The position numbers were made by a program, and so were the translations under genes. From Ostreococcus lucimarinus (taxonomy: Eukaryota): a stretch of DNA of 64,000 nt. This document shows positions 47,457 through 57,053 of this stretch, one piece after another. Where the stretch lies: assembly GCA_000092065.1 (NCBI GenBank), contig CP000585.1; one strand, given 5' to 3'. Every line of letters starts with the position of its first letter. Position 1 is the first letter of the stretch. The notes beneath the pieces are model-generated. The model was not told the origin of the DNA. It saw only the letters and a list, made by a program, of their open reading frames with translations, and made no database searches.

Positions 47457-50012
47457 ATGGATGAACAGACGATGAAGAGGACGAAGAGCGCGAGAGGGGC
47501 GCCGCGAGGCGCGCGCGCGGCGGCGAAGCGCTCGGAAGACAGCGAAGAGGTCGAGGGCGGCGCGCTGAAGCGCATCGTCGCGGCTGGTACGGTTGCGTTT
47601 TCCGTGCTCGCGGGCGTGGAGGGGGCGATCGAGCCGGCGCGCGCGGCGGGCTCGGCGACGGAGATCGTGCAACTCGCGCTCGACGCCGTCGACCCCGTCG
47701 AGGACCCTGACGCCAAGGCTGAAGCGCCCGAGCGAGTCAAGGCGGATACTTCCTCGCTCGAGGGTGCGCTTAAGGCACAAGTGCAGTCGCGAAAGTCGAC
47801 GGTGAAGGAAGCGGGTAAGAAAGCGGCCAAGGCTGCCGCCGCGCCGGCGAAGAGCGGCGCGCCCGAAGGCGCCATGTCTCCGAACGCGAAGGATTACAAG
47901 TCTGAAATCGGCGAAAGCCTCGCTACTCTGGATTATGACGCCATTATCAAGAAGACGGACGACTATTTTGTCTACCGCTACGATCGCGGCATCGATGAAT
48001 CTCAAATCATCGATCTCGACGACGAAGACGACTCTGCGACGCGCGGTCCGAAGGGCACGAAGAAACGAGTCGCGGTGGCCAAGTCCACCACCGCCCCTTC
48101 GTTCACCTTGCCGAGCTTCACCGCGCCGAGCTTCGATGCGCCGAGCTTCTCGATTCCGACGTTTGAAGTGCCGAGCATCGAAATTCCGGCTATTCCGGGT
48201 GTAGCCGAACCGGCGACCAAGAAGGACACCTCCGCCGAAGACGCCGCGAAGGCTGACGCCGCGGCCGCGAAGAAGGCCGAGGCCGAGGCCGAGGCTGCGA
48301 GGAAGGCCGAGGCCGACGCCGCGACCGCCAAGAAGGCCGAGGCCGACGCCGCGGCCGCCAAGAAAGCTGACGCTGAAGCCGCCAAGAAAGCTGACGCCGA
48401 AGCCGCCAAGAAGGCCAAGGCTGACGCTGAAGCCGCCAAGAAGGCAGCGGCGGAAGCCGCCAAGGCTGAAGCTGCCGCGAAGAAGGCTGAAAGCGCGAAG
48501 AAGCCGATGGCTGCCGCCCCGGCCGCCGGTAGCAGCGATCTTGGTTTCGATTTCGGCTCTCTCTCTCAATACATGGAATCCGCTCCGGCGGCGCCGAAGG
48601 TTGACAAGAAGGCTGAAGCCGCCGCTAAGAAGGCTGCCAAAAAGGCCGCTGCTGAGGCCGCGAAGAAGGCTGCCGAGGAAGAAAAGAAGGCCGCCGCTGC
48701 CGCGAAGGCCGCTGCGAAGGCTGCTCCGAAGCCGATGGCTGCCGCCCCGGCCGCCGGTAGCAGCGATCTTGGTTTCGATTTCGGCTCTCTCTCTCAATAC
48801 ATGGAATCCGCTCCGGCGACGCCGAAGGCACCGAAGGCTGACAACGCGTCCGCCGCCGCTGGTCAAAAGGCTGCCGAAAAGATCGCCAAGCAACAGAAAG
48901 AAGCCGCCAAGAAGGCTGAGGCCGCCGCGAAGAAGGCTGAGGCCGCCGCGAAGAAGGCTCAAGCGCAAGAGGAAGCCGCCGCCGCGCGCGCCGCCGCCAA
49001 GGCTGAGATGGCCGCGAAGAAGGCGGCCGGGAAATCCGCTGAGAAACCGACTTACAGCAAGCGCACTGTTGAAAAGAAGGCGAAGCCGACGTTCACGAAG
49101 TCTGCCAGAGATGGTAAGTTCGCTCCCTTCGCTGGGACTTACAAGACGACCGTCGTCGAGAAGGAGGCCCTCCCGGGCGTGCCCGTCGACTTCGATGCCA
49201 TCGTCGACGCCCAAGAACCCAAGGCGGAAGCGATTCTCGCCAAGGCCAACGATAAATCTGGCGATTTCTTGAACATTTCCGGTGAAGCTGGCTTCGCCAT
49301 CGCGGGTACGATTGCGTTGGTTTACGAGACGGAGGACAAGAAGTTCCGCGAGCAAGCGAAGAATGCCAAGATGCCGGCGCCGACGAAGACGAATGCTCCC
49401 TCCGGTGAAAGCACCACCGAAGGTTGGTTCGATGCAGCGCTCAAGAAATACATGAACAAAGATGGTTCCGCCCCGAAGCCAAAGCCCGTCGCCGCCGCGC
49501 CGAAGCCGGTCGCCGCCGCGCCGAAGCCGGCCGTGCCGAAGTCTGATCCGGTGAAGAACGCCAAGGAGGCGCAATCGTGGATGGACAAGTGGTCCGCGAG
49601 CAAGCCTAAGCCGGCTGCCGCCGCGGCGCCGGCGCCGGCGCCTGCCGCGCCGAAGCCCGCGGCGCCGAAGTCTGATCCGGTGAAGAACGCCAAGGAGGCA
49701 CAGTCGTGGATGGACAACTGGGAGCGCAAGGTCAAGCCGACCGCCGCCGCCGCGCCGACGCCGGTCGCCGCGCCGGCGCCGACGCCGGTCGCCGCGCCGG
49801 CGCCGACGCCGGTCGCCGCGGCGCCGAAGCCCGTCCCGACGCCGACGGTCTCGACCACCACCACTCGCACGGTCACCTCGGACAACCTGACGGCCGAGCA
49901 ACGCGCCGCCGCCGAAGCCTGGCTCAAGAAGTGGCGCGAGGACGGTCGCCCGACGGACGAGACCAAATTCGACGAGGCCAAGACGTGGTTGAAGCAGCAC
50001 AACTTCGACTGA
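47457..50012 (+). CDS. Ala/Lys/Pro/Glu-rich internally repetitive protein of unknown function
   Basis: ATG at 47457. Long KKAAEAEAAKKA low-complexity tracts. Two 90-nt nucleotide-identical copies encode KPMAAAPAAGSSDLGFDFGSLSQYMESAPA (48501..48590 and 48729..48818). Two ~57-nt copies encode PKSDPVKNAKEAQSWMD (~49536 and ~49666). An (APTPVA)3 repeat follows, and the C-terminus is non-repetitive (AWLKKWREDGRPTDETKFDEAKTWLKQHNFD). Confidence 0.7.
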   Translation: MDEQTMKRTKSARGAPRGARAAAKRSEDSEEVEGGALKRIVAAGTVAFSVLAGVEGAIEPARAAGSATEIVQLALDAVDPVEDPDAKAEAPERVKADTSSLEGALKAQVQSRKSTVKEAGKKAAKAAAAPAKSGAPEGAMSPNAKDYKSEIGESLATLDYDAIIKKTDDYFVYRYDRGIDESQIIDLDDEDDSATRGPKGTKKRVAVAKSTTAPSFTLPSFTAPSFDAPSFSIPTFEVPSIEIPAIPGVAEPATKKDTSAEDAAKADAAAAKKAEAEAEAARKAEADAATAKKAEADAAAAKKADAEAAKKADAEAAKKAKADAEAAKKAAAEAAKAEAAAKKAESAKKPMAAAPAAGSSDLGFDFGSLSQYMESAPAAPKVDKKAEAAAKKAAKKAAAEAAKKAAEEEKKAAAAAKAAAKAAPKPMAAAPAAGSSDLGFDFGSLSQYMESAPATPKAPKADNASAAAGQKAAEKIAKQQKEAAKKAEAAAKKAEAAAKKAQAQEEAAAARAAAKAEMAAKKAAGKSAEKPTYSKRTVEKKAKPTFTKSARDGKFAPFAGTYKTTVVEKEALPGVPVDFDAIVDAQEPKAEAILAKANDKSGDFLNISGEAGFAIAGTIALVYETEDKKFREQAKNAKMPAPTKTNAPSGESTTEGWFDAALKKYMNKDGSAPKPKPVAAAPKPVAAAPKPAVPKSDPVKNAKEAQSWMDKWSASKPKPAAAAAPAPAPAAPKPAAPKSDPVKNAKEAQSWMDNWERKVKPTAAAAPTPVAAPAPTPVAAPAPTPVAAAPKPVPTPTVSTTTTRTVTSDNLTAEQRAAAEAWLKKWREDGRPTDETKFDEAKTWLKQHNFD
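48501..48818 (+). repeat. intragenic segmental repeat: two 90-nt identical copies (48501..48590; 48729..48818) separated by 138 nt
   Basis: Both copies read aagccgatggctgccgccccggccgccggtagcagcgatcttggtttcgatttcggctctctctctcaatacatggaatccgctccggcg. Identity extends to synonymous positions. Confidence 0.9.
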
Positions 50013-50128
50013 GCGATTACAAACAACGAGTGAATCGTTCACATTGACTGTTCATGAAGACATTAATAAACAAACGCACACGCACTAAGCTATCCGGGTC
50101 GCGCGTCCAAGCCGACGTCGCCCTCGCG

Positions 50129-50617
50129 TCACGGCGACGTCCCCGGGGTCTCCTCTCCCCCCCCCTTTCGCGCCTCGCGCGCGACGTCGCAGCACCGCAC
50201 GTGCGGCAGATTCACCTTCCCGCACACCCCGCACCGCACCACGCTCTCCACGAACGGCAACCTCTTGAACTGATTCCTCCGTTTCCTTCGACTCGGCGTC
50301 ACCTTGCGCTTCGGCACCGCCATGAGCCACATCTCCATCACCCGCGATCCCAGTCCACCGTCCTCGAGCGTCGCGCCCGTCGCCGTCCGCGCCGTCGGCG
50401 CCATCGTCGCCGTCGCTCGCGCCTCGCGAATCGCGTCGTCGCGCGTCGCCATCGCGCGTTCGCGCGTCCGCGCGCCGTCGTCCCCGTCCGTCGCCGTCGT
50501 CGCGTCCGTCGTCGCCATCGCGCGCCGTCCCGCCGTCGCGCTCGCCGCCGCGCGCGCCGCCGTCGTCGCCGCCGTCGTCGCGCGCGTCGCGCGCGCGAGC
50601 GCGCGCGCGAGCGCCAT
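50129..50617 (-). CDS. organellar ribosomal protein bL32 with long N-terminal presequence
   Basis: The mature part MAVPKRKVTPSRRKRRNQFKRLPFVESVVRCGVCGKVNLPHVRCC matches bL32 (MAVPKKRTS.S...R.....C..CG....H..C). The start is assigned to MALARALARATRATTAA..., a presequence-like stretch. The start is uncertain because several in-frame Met lie upstream of the mature MAVPKRK. Confidence 0.75.
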   Translation of the reverse strand: MALARALARATRATTAATTAARAAASATAGRRAMATTDATTATDGDDGARTRERAMATRDDAIREARATATMAPTARTATGATLEDGGLGSRVMEMWLMAVPKRKVTPSRRKRRNQFKRLPFVESVVRCGVCGKVNLPHVRCCDVAREARKGGGEETPGTSP

Positions 50618-50862
50618 GCGCGCGTCGCGGTGTGCGTCTCGGTTTCCATCGTCGCACTGTTTGCCCATACGAAATCGCGCAACGTCGAGGTTTTATTATC
50701 CACCCGCGTCGATCGCGGCGCACACGACGACGCCGCGACCGCGCGCGCGACCGGCGCGTCGGCCGATGCCGCGCGTCGGCGCGACGCCGCGCGCGTCGCT
50801 CGCCGCGCGCGGCGTCGCGCGCGCGACGCGAGGGACGGCGCGATGCGCGCGACGCGCGACGA

Positions 50863-50894
<32 letters not shown>

Positions 50895-52412
50895 CGGATC
50901 GAGCGACGGCGCGACGCGCGCGGCGACGGCGCGATCGCGCGGGCGCGACGCGCGACGCGGTGCGACGCGCTGGGAGGGCTGGAGGCGATGGACGCGAACG
51001 CGATGGCGGCGCTGGCGCGCGACGCGCACGCGCACGCGAGCGCGGTTTTCGAGACGGCGGACGTCGGCGCGCTCGCGGACGCGGTGCGCGCGGTGAGCGA
51101 TGCGAACGGTGCGGTCGGCGATGGGGCGATGGCGGTGGACGCGGACGCGCTGAAAGAGGCGATGAGCGCGGTGACGGAGGCGGAGCGCGCGGCGAAAATC
51201 GCGAGCGGGGAAATCGCGGCGCCGCAGAGAATGGAGGGATGGCTCGCGCCCGTGTCCGACGCGCTCGAGGATCTGTTGTTTGCGATTCAGGGGCAGTTGC
51301 AAGGGCTGGGGGTGCCGTACTCGACCGGGAACGCGATCATCATCGTGACGATTTTGGTCAAGTTTGTGACGTATCCGCTCACGCGAGATCAAGTCGTGAG
51401 CTCGCTGAATATGAAAAACTTGCAGCCACAGATCGCGGCGATTCGTGAGAAGTACGAGGACGACCAGGAGCGCATGAATAAGGAGATCAATCGCGTGTAC
51501 GAGGAAAACGGGGTGAACCCGCTCGCGGGGTGCGGTCCGGCGTTGTTGACGTTTCCCGTGCTCGCCGGGTTGTATCGCGCGTTCAACAACGCCGGCATCG
51601 ACGGCGCGTTTGACGAGGCTTGGTTTTTCTTACCTTCCCTCGCAGGTCCCACGGACGCGCGAGATTTGAGTTGGCTGCTGCCGCTCGACTCGGATTACGC
51701 GCCGCCGATCGGTTGGGAGGAAGCGTCGCTGTATTTGATTTTCCCGGTGCTGACGACGATTTCGCAATTCGTGAGCATGGAAGTGTTGAAACCGGAGGAG
51801 ACTGAAAAGACGGATGAGATGAAGAATCAGTCGGTGTTGCTCAAGTTGCTTCCGCTGTTCATCGGCTACATCTCCCTCACCGTTCCCGCCGGGTTAGCTC
51901 TGTACTGGTTCTGGAACAACGTATTCACGACGGGGATTCAGGTGTTTTTGCGCAACGGCGGCGCGAAGGCGACGGTGGAGGCTCCGGACGACATTAAGAT
52001 TAAGATTCCTCTCGGATGCGTGGTGATTCCGGAAGACGCGGAGATCATACCGGCCGGCACCACAGACTTCGGACCGAGCATCGTCTGGGACGAGGAGTGG
52101 CTGGCGAAATGGCGAGAGGAGCAAGTCGCCGCCGCGCCACAGTTGGCGGCGCAAAACGCCATCGCCGCGGGCATGAGCGAAGAAGACGCCAAGACGATGG
52201 AGGAAGCCCTTCGTAACCGTCTTCCGCGCAAAAAGAACATAGAAGAGCGCAATTTAGCCACAGAAACCGAGTTAAAGTCCCTGATCAAGGAGTTCAAGGC
52301 GCAAGGCAAGGACGCCACCGTGCTCGAGGAGGGTCTCGTCGCGCTTCGAGCGTACAAGGCGGAACTCAAGGCGAAGAAAGAAGAGGCCCCATCCGAAGCC
52401 GCGACGCAATAA
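50616..52412 (+). CDS. ALB3: ALB3/OXA1/YidC-family membrane insertase (thylakoid ALBINO3-like) with C-terminal charged tail
   Basis: Core GNAIIIVTILVKFVTYPLTRDQVVSSLNMKNLQPQIAAIREKYEDDQERMNKEINRVYEENGVNPLAGCGPALLTFPVLAGLYRAFNN...FFLPSLAGPT...LPLFIGYISLTVPAGLALYWFWNNVFTTGIQVFL is canonical 60-kDa inner-membrane-protein/Alb3. Start assigned to the first ATG after the Arg-rich artefact (MRASRCASRFPSS...). The conserved core begins ~300 aa later, so an internal start or an intron is possible. Confidence 0.8.
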
Positions 52413-52478
52413 CGCAGATGTTTCTAGCCATTGATTGTTACACGTCGATTCTAAAAGATTGCAGCTGCAGAGTTGTCC

Positions 52479-53489
52479 TCACGCCGCTCCCGCCCCGCCG
52501 TACGCCCCTTTCACGAAGATGTACGCCTTGAAATTTTGTCCACCAGTCGTGCGCATCGTGAACGAGTGCACGTGCTCGACGTTTCGCAAACCTAATCGTC
52601 GCCACAACTCCACGCGCTGGTACGTCACGAGCACCTGGAAGTTCGAGCGGTTGAGCTGCTTGGCCAAGAGCGCGAGCGTCTTTTCGTTGAAGACGCGATC
52701 GTACATGTAAATGTGCGAAAACTTGAACGCTCCGCGAGTCGTCGCGTCGCCTTGCTCCAACTCGCACCTCGGCGGAGACACGAGTTCGCGTCCCTCGTCC
52801 GTCATGAACGCTCGATCGCCGTTCAAAAGTTCAGCTTGGACTTCAGAAGCCTTTTGCGCTCGCGAAGGAACGTATTCGATCCCCACCGACTTTGCCACCT
52901 TGGCCGAAAGCGCGGCGTGAAACACCACCTTCCCGTATCCGCTCCCGACATCGATGAACGTGCTGTCCTCGCACAGGTTGAGATCGGCCCACATCTCCGA
53001 CATCGACTTCCCCTTCACGGGCGTTCGCACGGGCAACGGCGCGTCCAAGTCGGCGCTCGACAAACCTCGCAACAGCTGCAGCAACCGCTCGATCGACCCC
53101 TCCGTCATCTCTCCGTACCCCTCGCTCGCCGCGTTCTCATCTTCACCCTCCTCCGTCGCGGTCTTCGCCTTCTTCGCTCGCCGAGCGTCGTCTCCGTCCG
53201 CCTCCTCGCGCTCCCGCTTCGCCGCGTCGTCGTCGTCGCCGCCGATCGACCGACGCTTCCTCGGTCCCTCCACCGACCAATCGCTCGTCAGTCCCCAATC
53301 CAAGTACGTCTTCTTATCGATGTATCGATACACTCCCTTGACCGCCGCGTCGACGCGCACGGGCGCGCCCTTCGTCGGCGTCACCGGCGCGTCGTCGCCG
53401 CCGCGTCCGCGATCGGTCTCGAGGTCGTCGCGCGACGACGGCGCGCGCTTCGCGGGCGTCGACGGCGGCGACGCGGCGAACGAGAACAT
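52479..53489 (-). CDS. DOT1-like class-I SAM-dependent (histone-lysine) methyltransferase
   Basis: ATG at 53489. Motif I STFIDVGSGYGKVVFHAA, post-I VGIEYV and motif-II-like FKFSHIYMYDRVFNE have the spacing of the DOT1 catalytic domain (FVDLGSGVGQVV...GVE...FVNNFAFGPE). The N-terminus is basic/acidic low-complexity with KRR and KKAK nuclear-localisation-like runs. Confidence 0.6.
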   Translation of the reverse strand: MFSFAASPPSTPAKRAPSSRDDLETDRGRGGDDAPVTPTKGAPVRVDAAVKGVYRYIDKKTYLDWGLTSDWSVEGPRKRRSIGGDDDDAAKREREEADGDDARRAKKAKTATEEGEDENAASEGYGEMTEGSIERLLQLLRGLSSADLDAPLPVRTPVKGKSMSEMWADLNLCEDSTFIDVGSGYGKVVFHAALSAKVAKSVGIEYVPSRAQKASEVQAELLNGDRAFMTDEGRELVSPPRCELEQGDATTRGAFKFSHIYMYDRVFNEKTLALLAKQLNRSNFQVLVTYQRVELWRRLGLRNVEHVHSFTMRTTGGQNFKAYIFVKGAYGGAGAA

Positions 53490-53682
53490 GAATGATTTTT
53501 CGAGTCGATCGCTCGCGACGCGCGACGCGCGCGGTTCGGGACGCGTCGCGAGCGTCGCGCGATGCGGATCGCGTGAATCTTAACAATTGGATTTTTCCCG
53601 CCTTTTTCGGCGCGGCCGCGAGACGCGTCGAACGGAACGCGCCATCACGACGACCCGCTCGACGCCGACCTTAAACGCGAAC

Positions 53683-53704
53683 GAACGAACGAACGAACGA
53701 AGGA
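53683..53704. repeat. (CGAA)5 tetranucleotide microsatellite (intergenic)
   Basis: cgaacgaacgaacgaacgaacga upstream of the DOT1-like gene start. Confidence 0.85.
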
Positions 53705-53732
53705 AGAAGCGAAGGCAGCGAATCGAATCGAA

Positions 53733-54422
53733 TCACGACGCGCGCCGCGCGTCGCCGGACGCGAACGGCACCGTGGGATCCACCGTCGGCTCGCCGAGCA
53801 ACACCTCCGCGGGCACGAACGCGGGCGCGCCGTACCCTTCACCGCCGTGGATGAAATCCGACCCGAACAAAAAATACGTCGCGCAAAACACCACCGATAT
53901 CGCCGCCACGAACGGGCCGAACCCGAGAAACACCGCGAATCCCGTCTTGAGCAGTTCCGTCGCGCGCGCCGGAAATCCCTCCAGCCCCTCGCTCTGCAGC
54001 GCGCGCGACCGCGCGAGCTGATCGCTCTCGTCCGCGCGTCGCGGCGCGCTCGGATTCGGCGCGAACCGCGGCGGTTTCGGCGCGTCGCTCGCGCCGTCGC
54101 GATCGAACGGGTTCGGATTCGCTCGCGTCGTCGACGCGCGCGCGCCGCCGCGTCTCGCCACCTCGTCCGCGAACGAGCTCGACAGCCCGTCGTCGCCGTC
54201 GGTCGCGCCTCGGTCGTCGTCATCGTCGTCGTCGTCGTCGCGCGCGCTCGATCGCGCGTCGTCCGCGTCCGCGCGTCGTCGCGCGTCGCGAATCCGCGTC
54301 GACGGCCGTCGCGTCGCGAATCCGCGCTTTCGCGTCGCGAATCCGCGCGCCGTTACTCGGCGCGTCGACGCCGCGGGCGTCGCGCGCGACGTCGACGCGC
54401 GCGCCGTCGTCGTCGCGCGCAT
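53733..54422 (-). CDS. hypothetical protein (weak): Ala/Arg/Asp-rich N-terminus plus C-terminal TM segment
   Basis: Only the C-terminal ~90 aa look protein-like (ELLKTGFAVFLGFGPFVAAISVVFCATYFLFGSDFIHGGEGYGAPAFVPAEVLLGEP). The rest is compositional. Confidence 0.3.
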   Translation of the reverse strand: MRATTTARASTSRATPAASTRRVTARGFATRKRGFATRRPSTRIRDARRRADADDARSSARDDDDDDDDDRGATDGDDGLSSSFADEVARRGGARASTTRANPNPFDRDGASDAPKPPRFAPNPSAPRRADESDQLARSRALQSEGLEGFPARATELLKTGFAVFLGFGPFVAAISVVFCATYFLFGSDFIHGGEGYGAPAFVPAEVLLGEPTVDPTVPFASGDARRAS

Positions 54423-54493
54423 CGCGAACGCGCGCGACGCGTCGGTGTGCCGCGGATTCGCGACGCGCGTGACGTCGCGACATCGCGACGCGC

Positions 54494-55561
54494 ATGGCGT
54501 CGCTCCCGCGCGTCATGCGCGCCGCGCGCGCGTGCGCCGAGACGCGCCGCGTCGCCGTCGTCGCCGACTGCGAGGTGCCGGCGATCGGCGCGCGCGACGT
54601 GCTCGTGGAGGTGCGATGCGCGACGGTGAATCACATCGACGTCAACGCCGCGCGCGACGGGTACGCGGTCGACGTCTACGCCGGCGCGCCGAACGCGCGA
54701 CGCGCGTGGACGCCGGGACGAGAGTTCTCGGGCGTGGTGCGCGCGGTCGGCGCGAAGACGCGAGGCTGGCGGGTCGGCGACGAGTGCTACGGCGCGACGG
54801 CGCCGACGACGCGGCGCGGCGCGTGGGCGACGTACGCGAAGGCGCCGGCGCACGCGGTGGCGAAGAAACCGCGAGGAATGACGCACGAGGAGGCGAGCGC
54901 GATACCGTTCGCGGCGCTGACGGCGCACAGGGCGGTGATGGAGCGAGGACGGGCGAGGGCGGGGGAGCGGGTGTGCGTGCTGGGCGGCGGCGGCGCGGTG
55001 GGGACGGCGGCGTGCGCGCTGGCGAAGAGCGCGGGGTGCGAGGTGGTGACGACGGCGCGCGCGAGCGACGCGGTGAGACTGCGAGAGGTGATCGGGGTGG
55101 ACGAGGCGCACGATTACGAGCGAGAGGGGTTTTCGTTGCGGCGGGCGACGGCGGCGCGAGCGCCGTTTGATTTGGCGGTGGATTGCGTGGGGACGGCGCG
55201 GACGGAGCGGAGCGCGATCGAGTTGTTGAAGTACGGCGTCGGACGGTACGTGACGCTGCACGGGGATTTGGGCAAGCACATCGCGAGCGAGCGAGGGATG
55301 GTGTACGGCGCGATGAGGGGGGTGGGCGAGTACGCGCGGAAGGCGACGATTACGCGTTGGCAACGCGACGTCGGGTACGAGCAAGCCGTCATGCGTTTAG
55401 ATCCGGACGCGATGATCGATATCGCGCGTTTAGTCGACAGTGGTAAGCTGCGCGTTCCCGTCGGCGAGGTTTTGGCGTTGGAGGACATCGAACGCGCGTG
55501 CGATTTATTGCGCGATCCCGCGGTGTTTGGGAAAATCGTCGTTCGCGTGTCCGAGGGGTAG
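54494..55561 (+). CDS. zinc-type alcohol dehydrogenase-like / NADPH:quinone oxidoreductase (MDR superfamily)
   Basis: ATG at 54494. GroES-like N-domain. Rossmann fold with GERVCVLGGGGAVGTAACALAKSAGCEV. The C-terminus FGKIVVRV is typical of the QOR / reticulon-4-interacting-protein-1-like subfamily. Confidence 0.8.
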   Translation: MASLPRVMRAARACAETRRVAVVADCEVPAIGARDVLVEVRCATVNHIDVNAARDGYAVDVYAGAPNARRAWTPGREFSGVVRAVGAKTRGWRVGDECYGATAPTTRRGAWATYAKAPAHAVAKKPRGMTHEEASAIPFAALTAHRAVMERGRARAGERVCVLGGGGAVGTAACALAKSAGCEVVTTARASDAVRLREVIGVDEAHDYEREGFSLRRATAARAPFDLAVDCVGTARTERSAIELLKYGVGRYVTLHGDLGKHIASERGMVYGAMRGVGEYARKATITRWQRDVGYEQAVMRLDPDAMIDIARLVDSGKLRVPVGEVLALEDIERACDLLRDPAVFGKIVVRVSEG

Positions 55562-55607
55562 TCGCGAAGCAAACGACAAAATTTGTACAACAACCTCACT
55601 AGTAGCT

Positions 55608-56950
55608 CTACCATCGACCTCCGCGCTCCCACGTGTACGCGTCTTCGGTCGGCTGCGCGCCCTTCGCGAGCACGCTCGCGATCGCCGCTCGATCATCGGC
55701 GTCTAAATCAAAGTCGAAGAGCGCGAGGTGATCGGAGACGTGATTCGCGTTTCGCGCGCCGACGATGATCGCCGGCACCGCGGGCGAGTCCAGGACCCAC
55801 TTCGACGCCACGTTGGCGATGCTCGCGCCGTCGTGCTTGTCGCCCACGGCGCGGAGCGTTCGGAGCAAACTTTGATACCACTGGTATCCACCGACTTGCC
55901 CGATGACCGACGCGTACTTTCGCAGCGACGACGTATTCGTGACGACGTCCTCCGCGCGCGCGTCCAAATATTTATCCGACAACAGTCCCCCCGCGACGAC
56001 GCCGTACGGCAACAGCCCGACGCCCGTCTGTCGACAATAGTCCACCATCACCTTCTCCGGCCGTCGATCGAGCAACGAGTACTGAATCTGATTCGTCGAA
56101 ATCTCCGCGCCCGCGTCCACCATCTCCTTCACGCGCTTCGTGTCGAAATTCGTCAGCGAAACCGCGCCGATTTTCCCCGCCCGCTTCAAATCCGTCAAAA
56201 ACAGCGCCGCGTCGACGTAATTTTTCTTATCGTAATCGTTCCAATACAGCTGCACCATCCCGAGTTTCCCCACCCCTATGCGTCGCATCGGTCGCGTCAC
56301 GTTCTCCTCGACCCACGCCTTCGTCATCGTCGTCTGCTCTCGCCCGACGCAGCACAGTTTCGTGCACACGATTATCTCATCGCCGTGTTTTTTCCCGTGC
56401 GCCGTCTTCAGGTACTCTCCCACCAGCGTTTCGCTCGGTCCGTAGCCGCACGCCTCCGGTCCCGTGTCGAACGTCGTCACGCCGCGGTCGACGAACGTCG
56501 CGAAATCCGTCGTCGCGTCGTCGCCTCGCGTGCGATCGCTCGCGCGTTCGCCGCTGTGTCCGCCGGAGAGCTGCCAGCACCCCTGTTTTGTGTCGCCGTC
56601 GGTCAGTCTCCGCCTTCGTCTCGCGTCGCCGCGTCTCGTCGTCGTCGTCGTCGTCGTCGTCTCACCTTGACCACCTGGGACGGCCGCAGCGTCGTGCCGA
56701 GCAGCGGCGACGTCGAGCGAGGCACCGCGCTCGTTCGCGCGCGCGCGAGCGGCGGCGCGTCGACGCGCGCGCACGCCGCGGACGCGGCGAGCGCGGCGAG
56801 CGCGCGTCGCGTGAGCGCGGCGGCGGCGCGGTCGTCGTCGCGCGACGCCGACGCGACGACGACGCGCGCGCGCGGCGCGGGACGCGGCGTCGACGTCGGC
56901 GTCGGCGTCGGCGGCGCGCGCGGGACGGCGCGCGGCGCGCGGAGCGTCAT
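55608..56950 (-). CDS. aldo-keto reductase (plastid-type, At2g27680-like), two exons: join(56666..56950, 55608..56582), intron ~83 nt containing a (GAC)n microsatellite
   Basis: Exon 1 (transit peptide ...SPLLGTTLRPSQVVK) ends at a GTGAGA donor. The intron is GTGAGA-(CGA/GAC)n-...GGAGACTGACCGACGGCGACACAAAACAG. Exon 2 starts GCWQLSGGHSGERAS...VTTFDTGPEACGYGPSETLVGEYLK, matching AKR N-terminal motifs (W.TSGGWG...FD.A..YG.AE...G). The C-terminal AKR barrel continues to the stop at 55608. Confidence 0.8.
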
Positions 56951-57053
56951 GGCGGACGCGGCGGTTGGATTCGGTTGGATTCGGTTGGATTCGCGGCGCG
57001 AAGTGACGCGAAGGCGTCGGGCGCGTCGTGGTCTCGAATGGCGACGGTTGACG

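Noticed and set aside
47061-50042. 993-aa minus-strand ORF (and 50054..51448 / 50085..51392 ORFs) rich in Arg/Gly/Leu
   Set aside because: It is antisense to the repetitive AKPE-rich gene (GCC/AAG-rich sense codons give GGC/CTT antisense codons without stops). There are no domains. The 50-51.4 kb ORFs likewise overlap the bL32 and ALB3 genes.
54353-55384. 343-aa minus ORF and 54445..55170 plus ORF overlapping the quinone-oxidoreductase gene
   Set aside because: Arg/His-rich low complexity. The MDR-family gene in the third frame is fully supported by homology.
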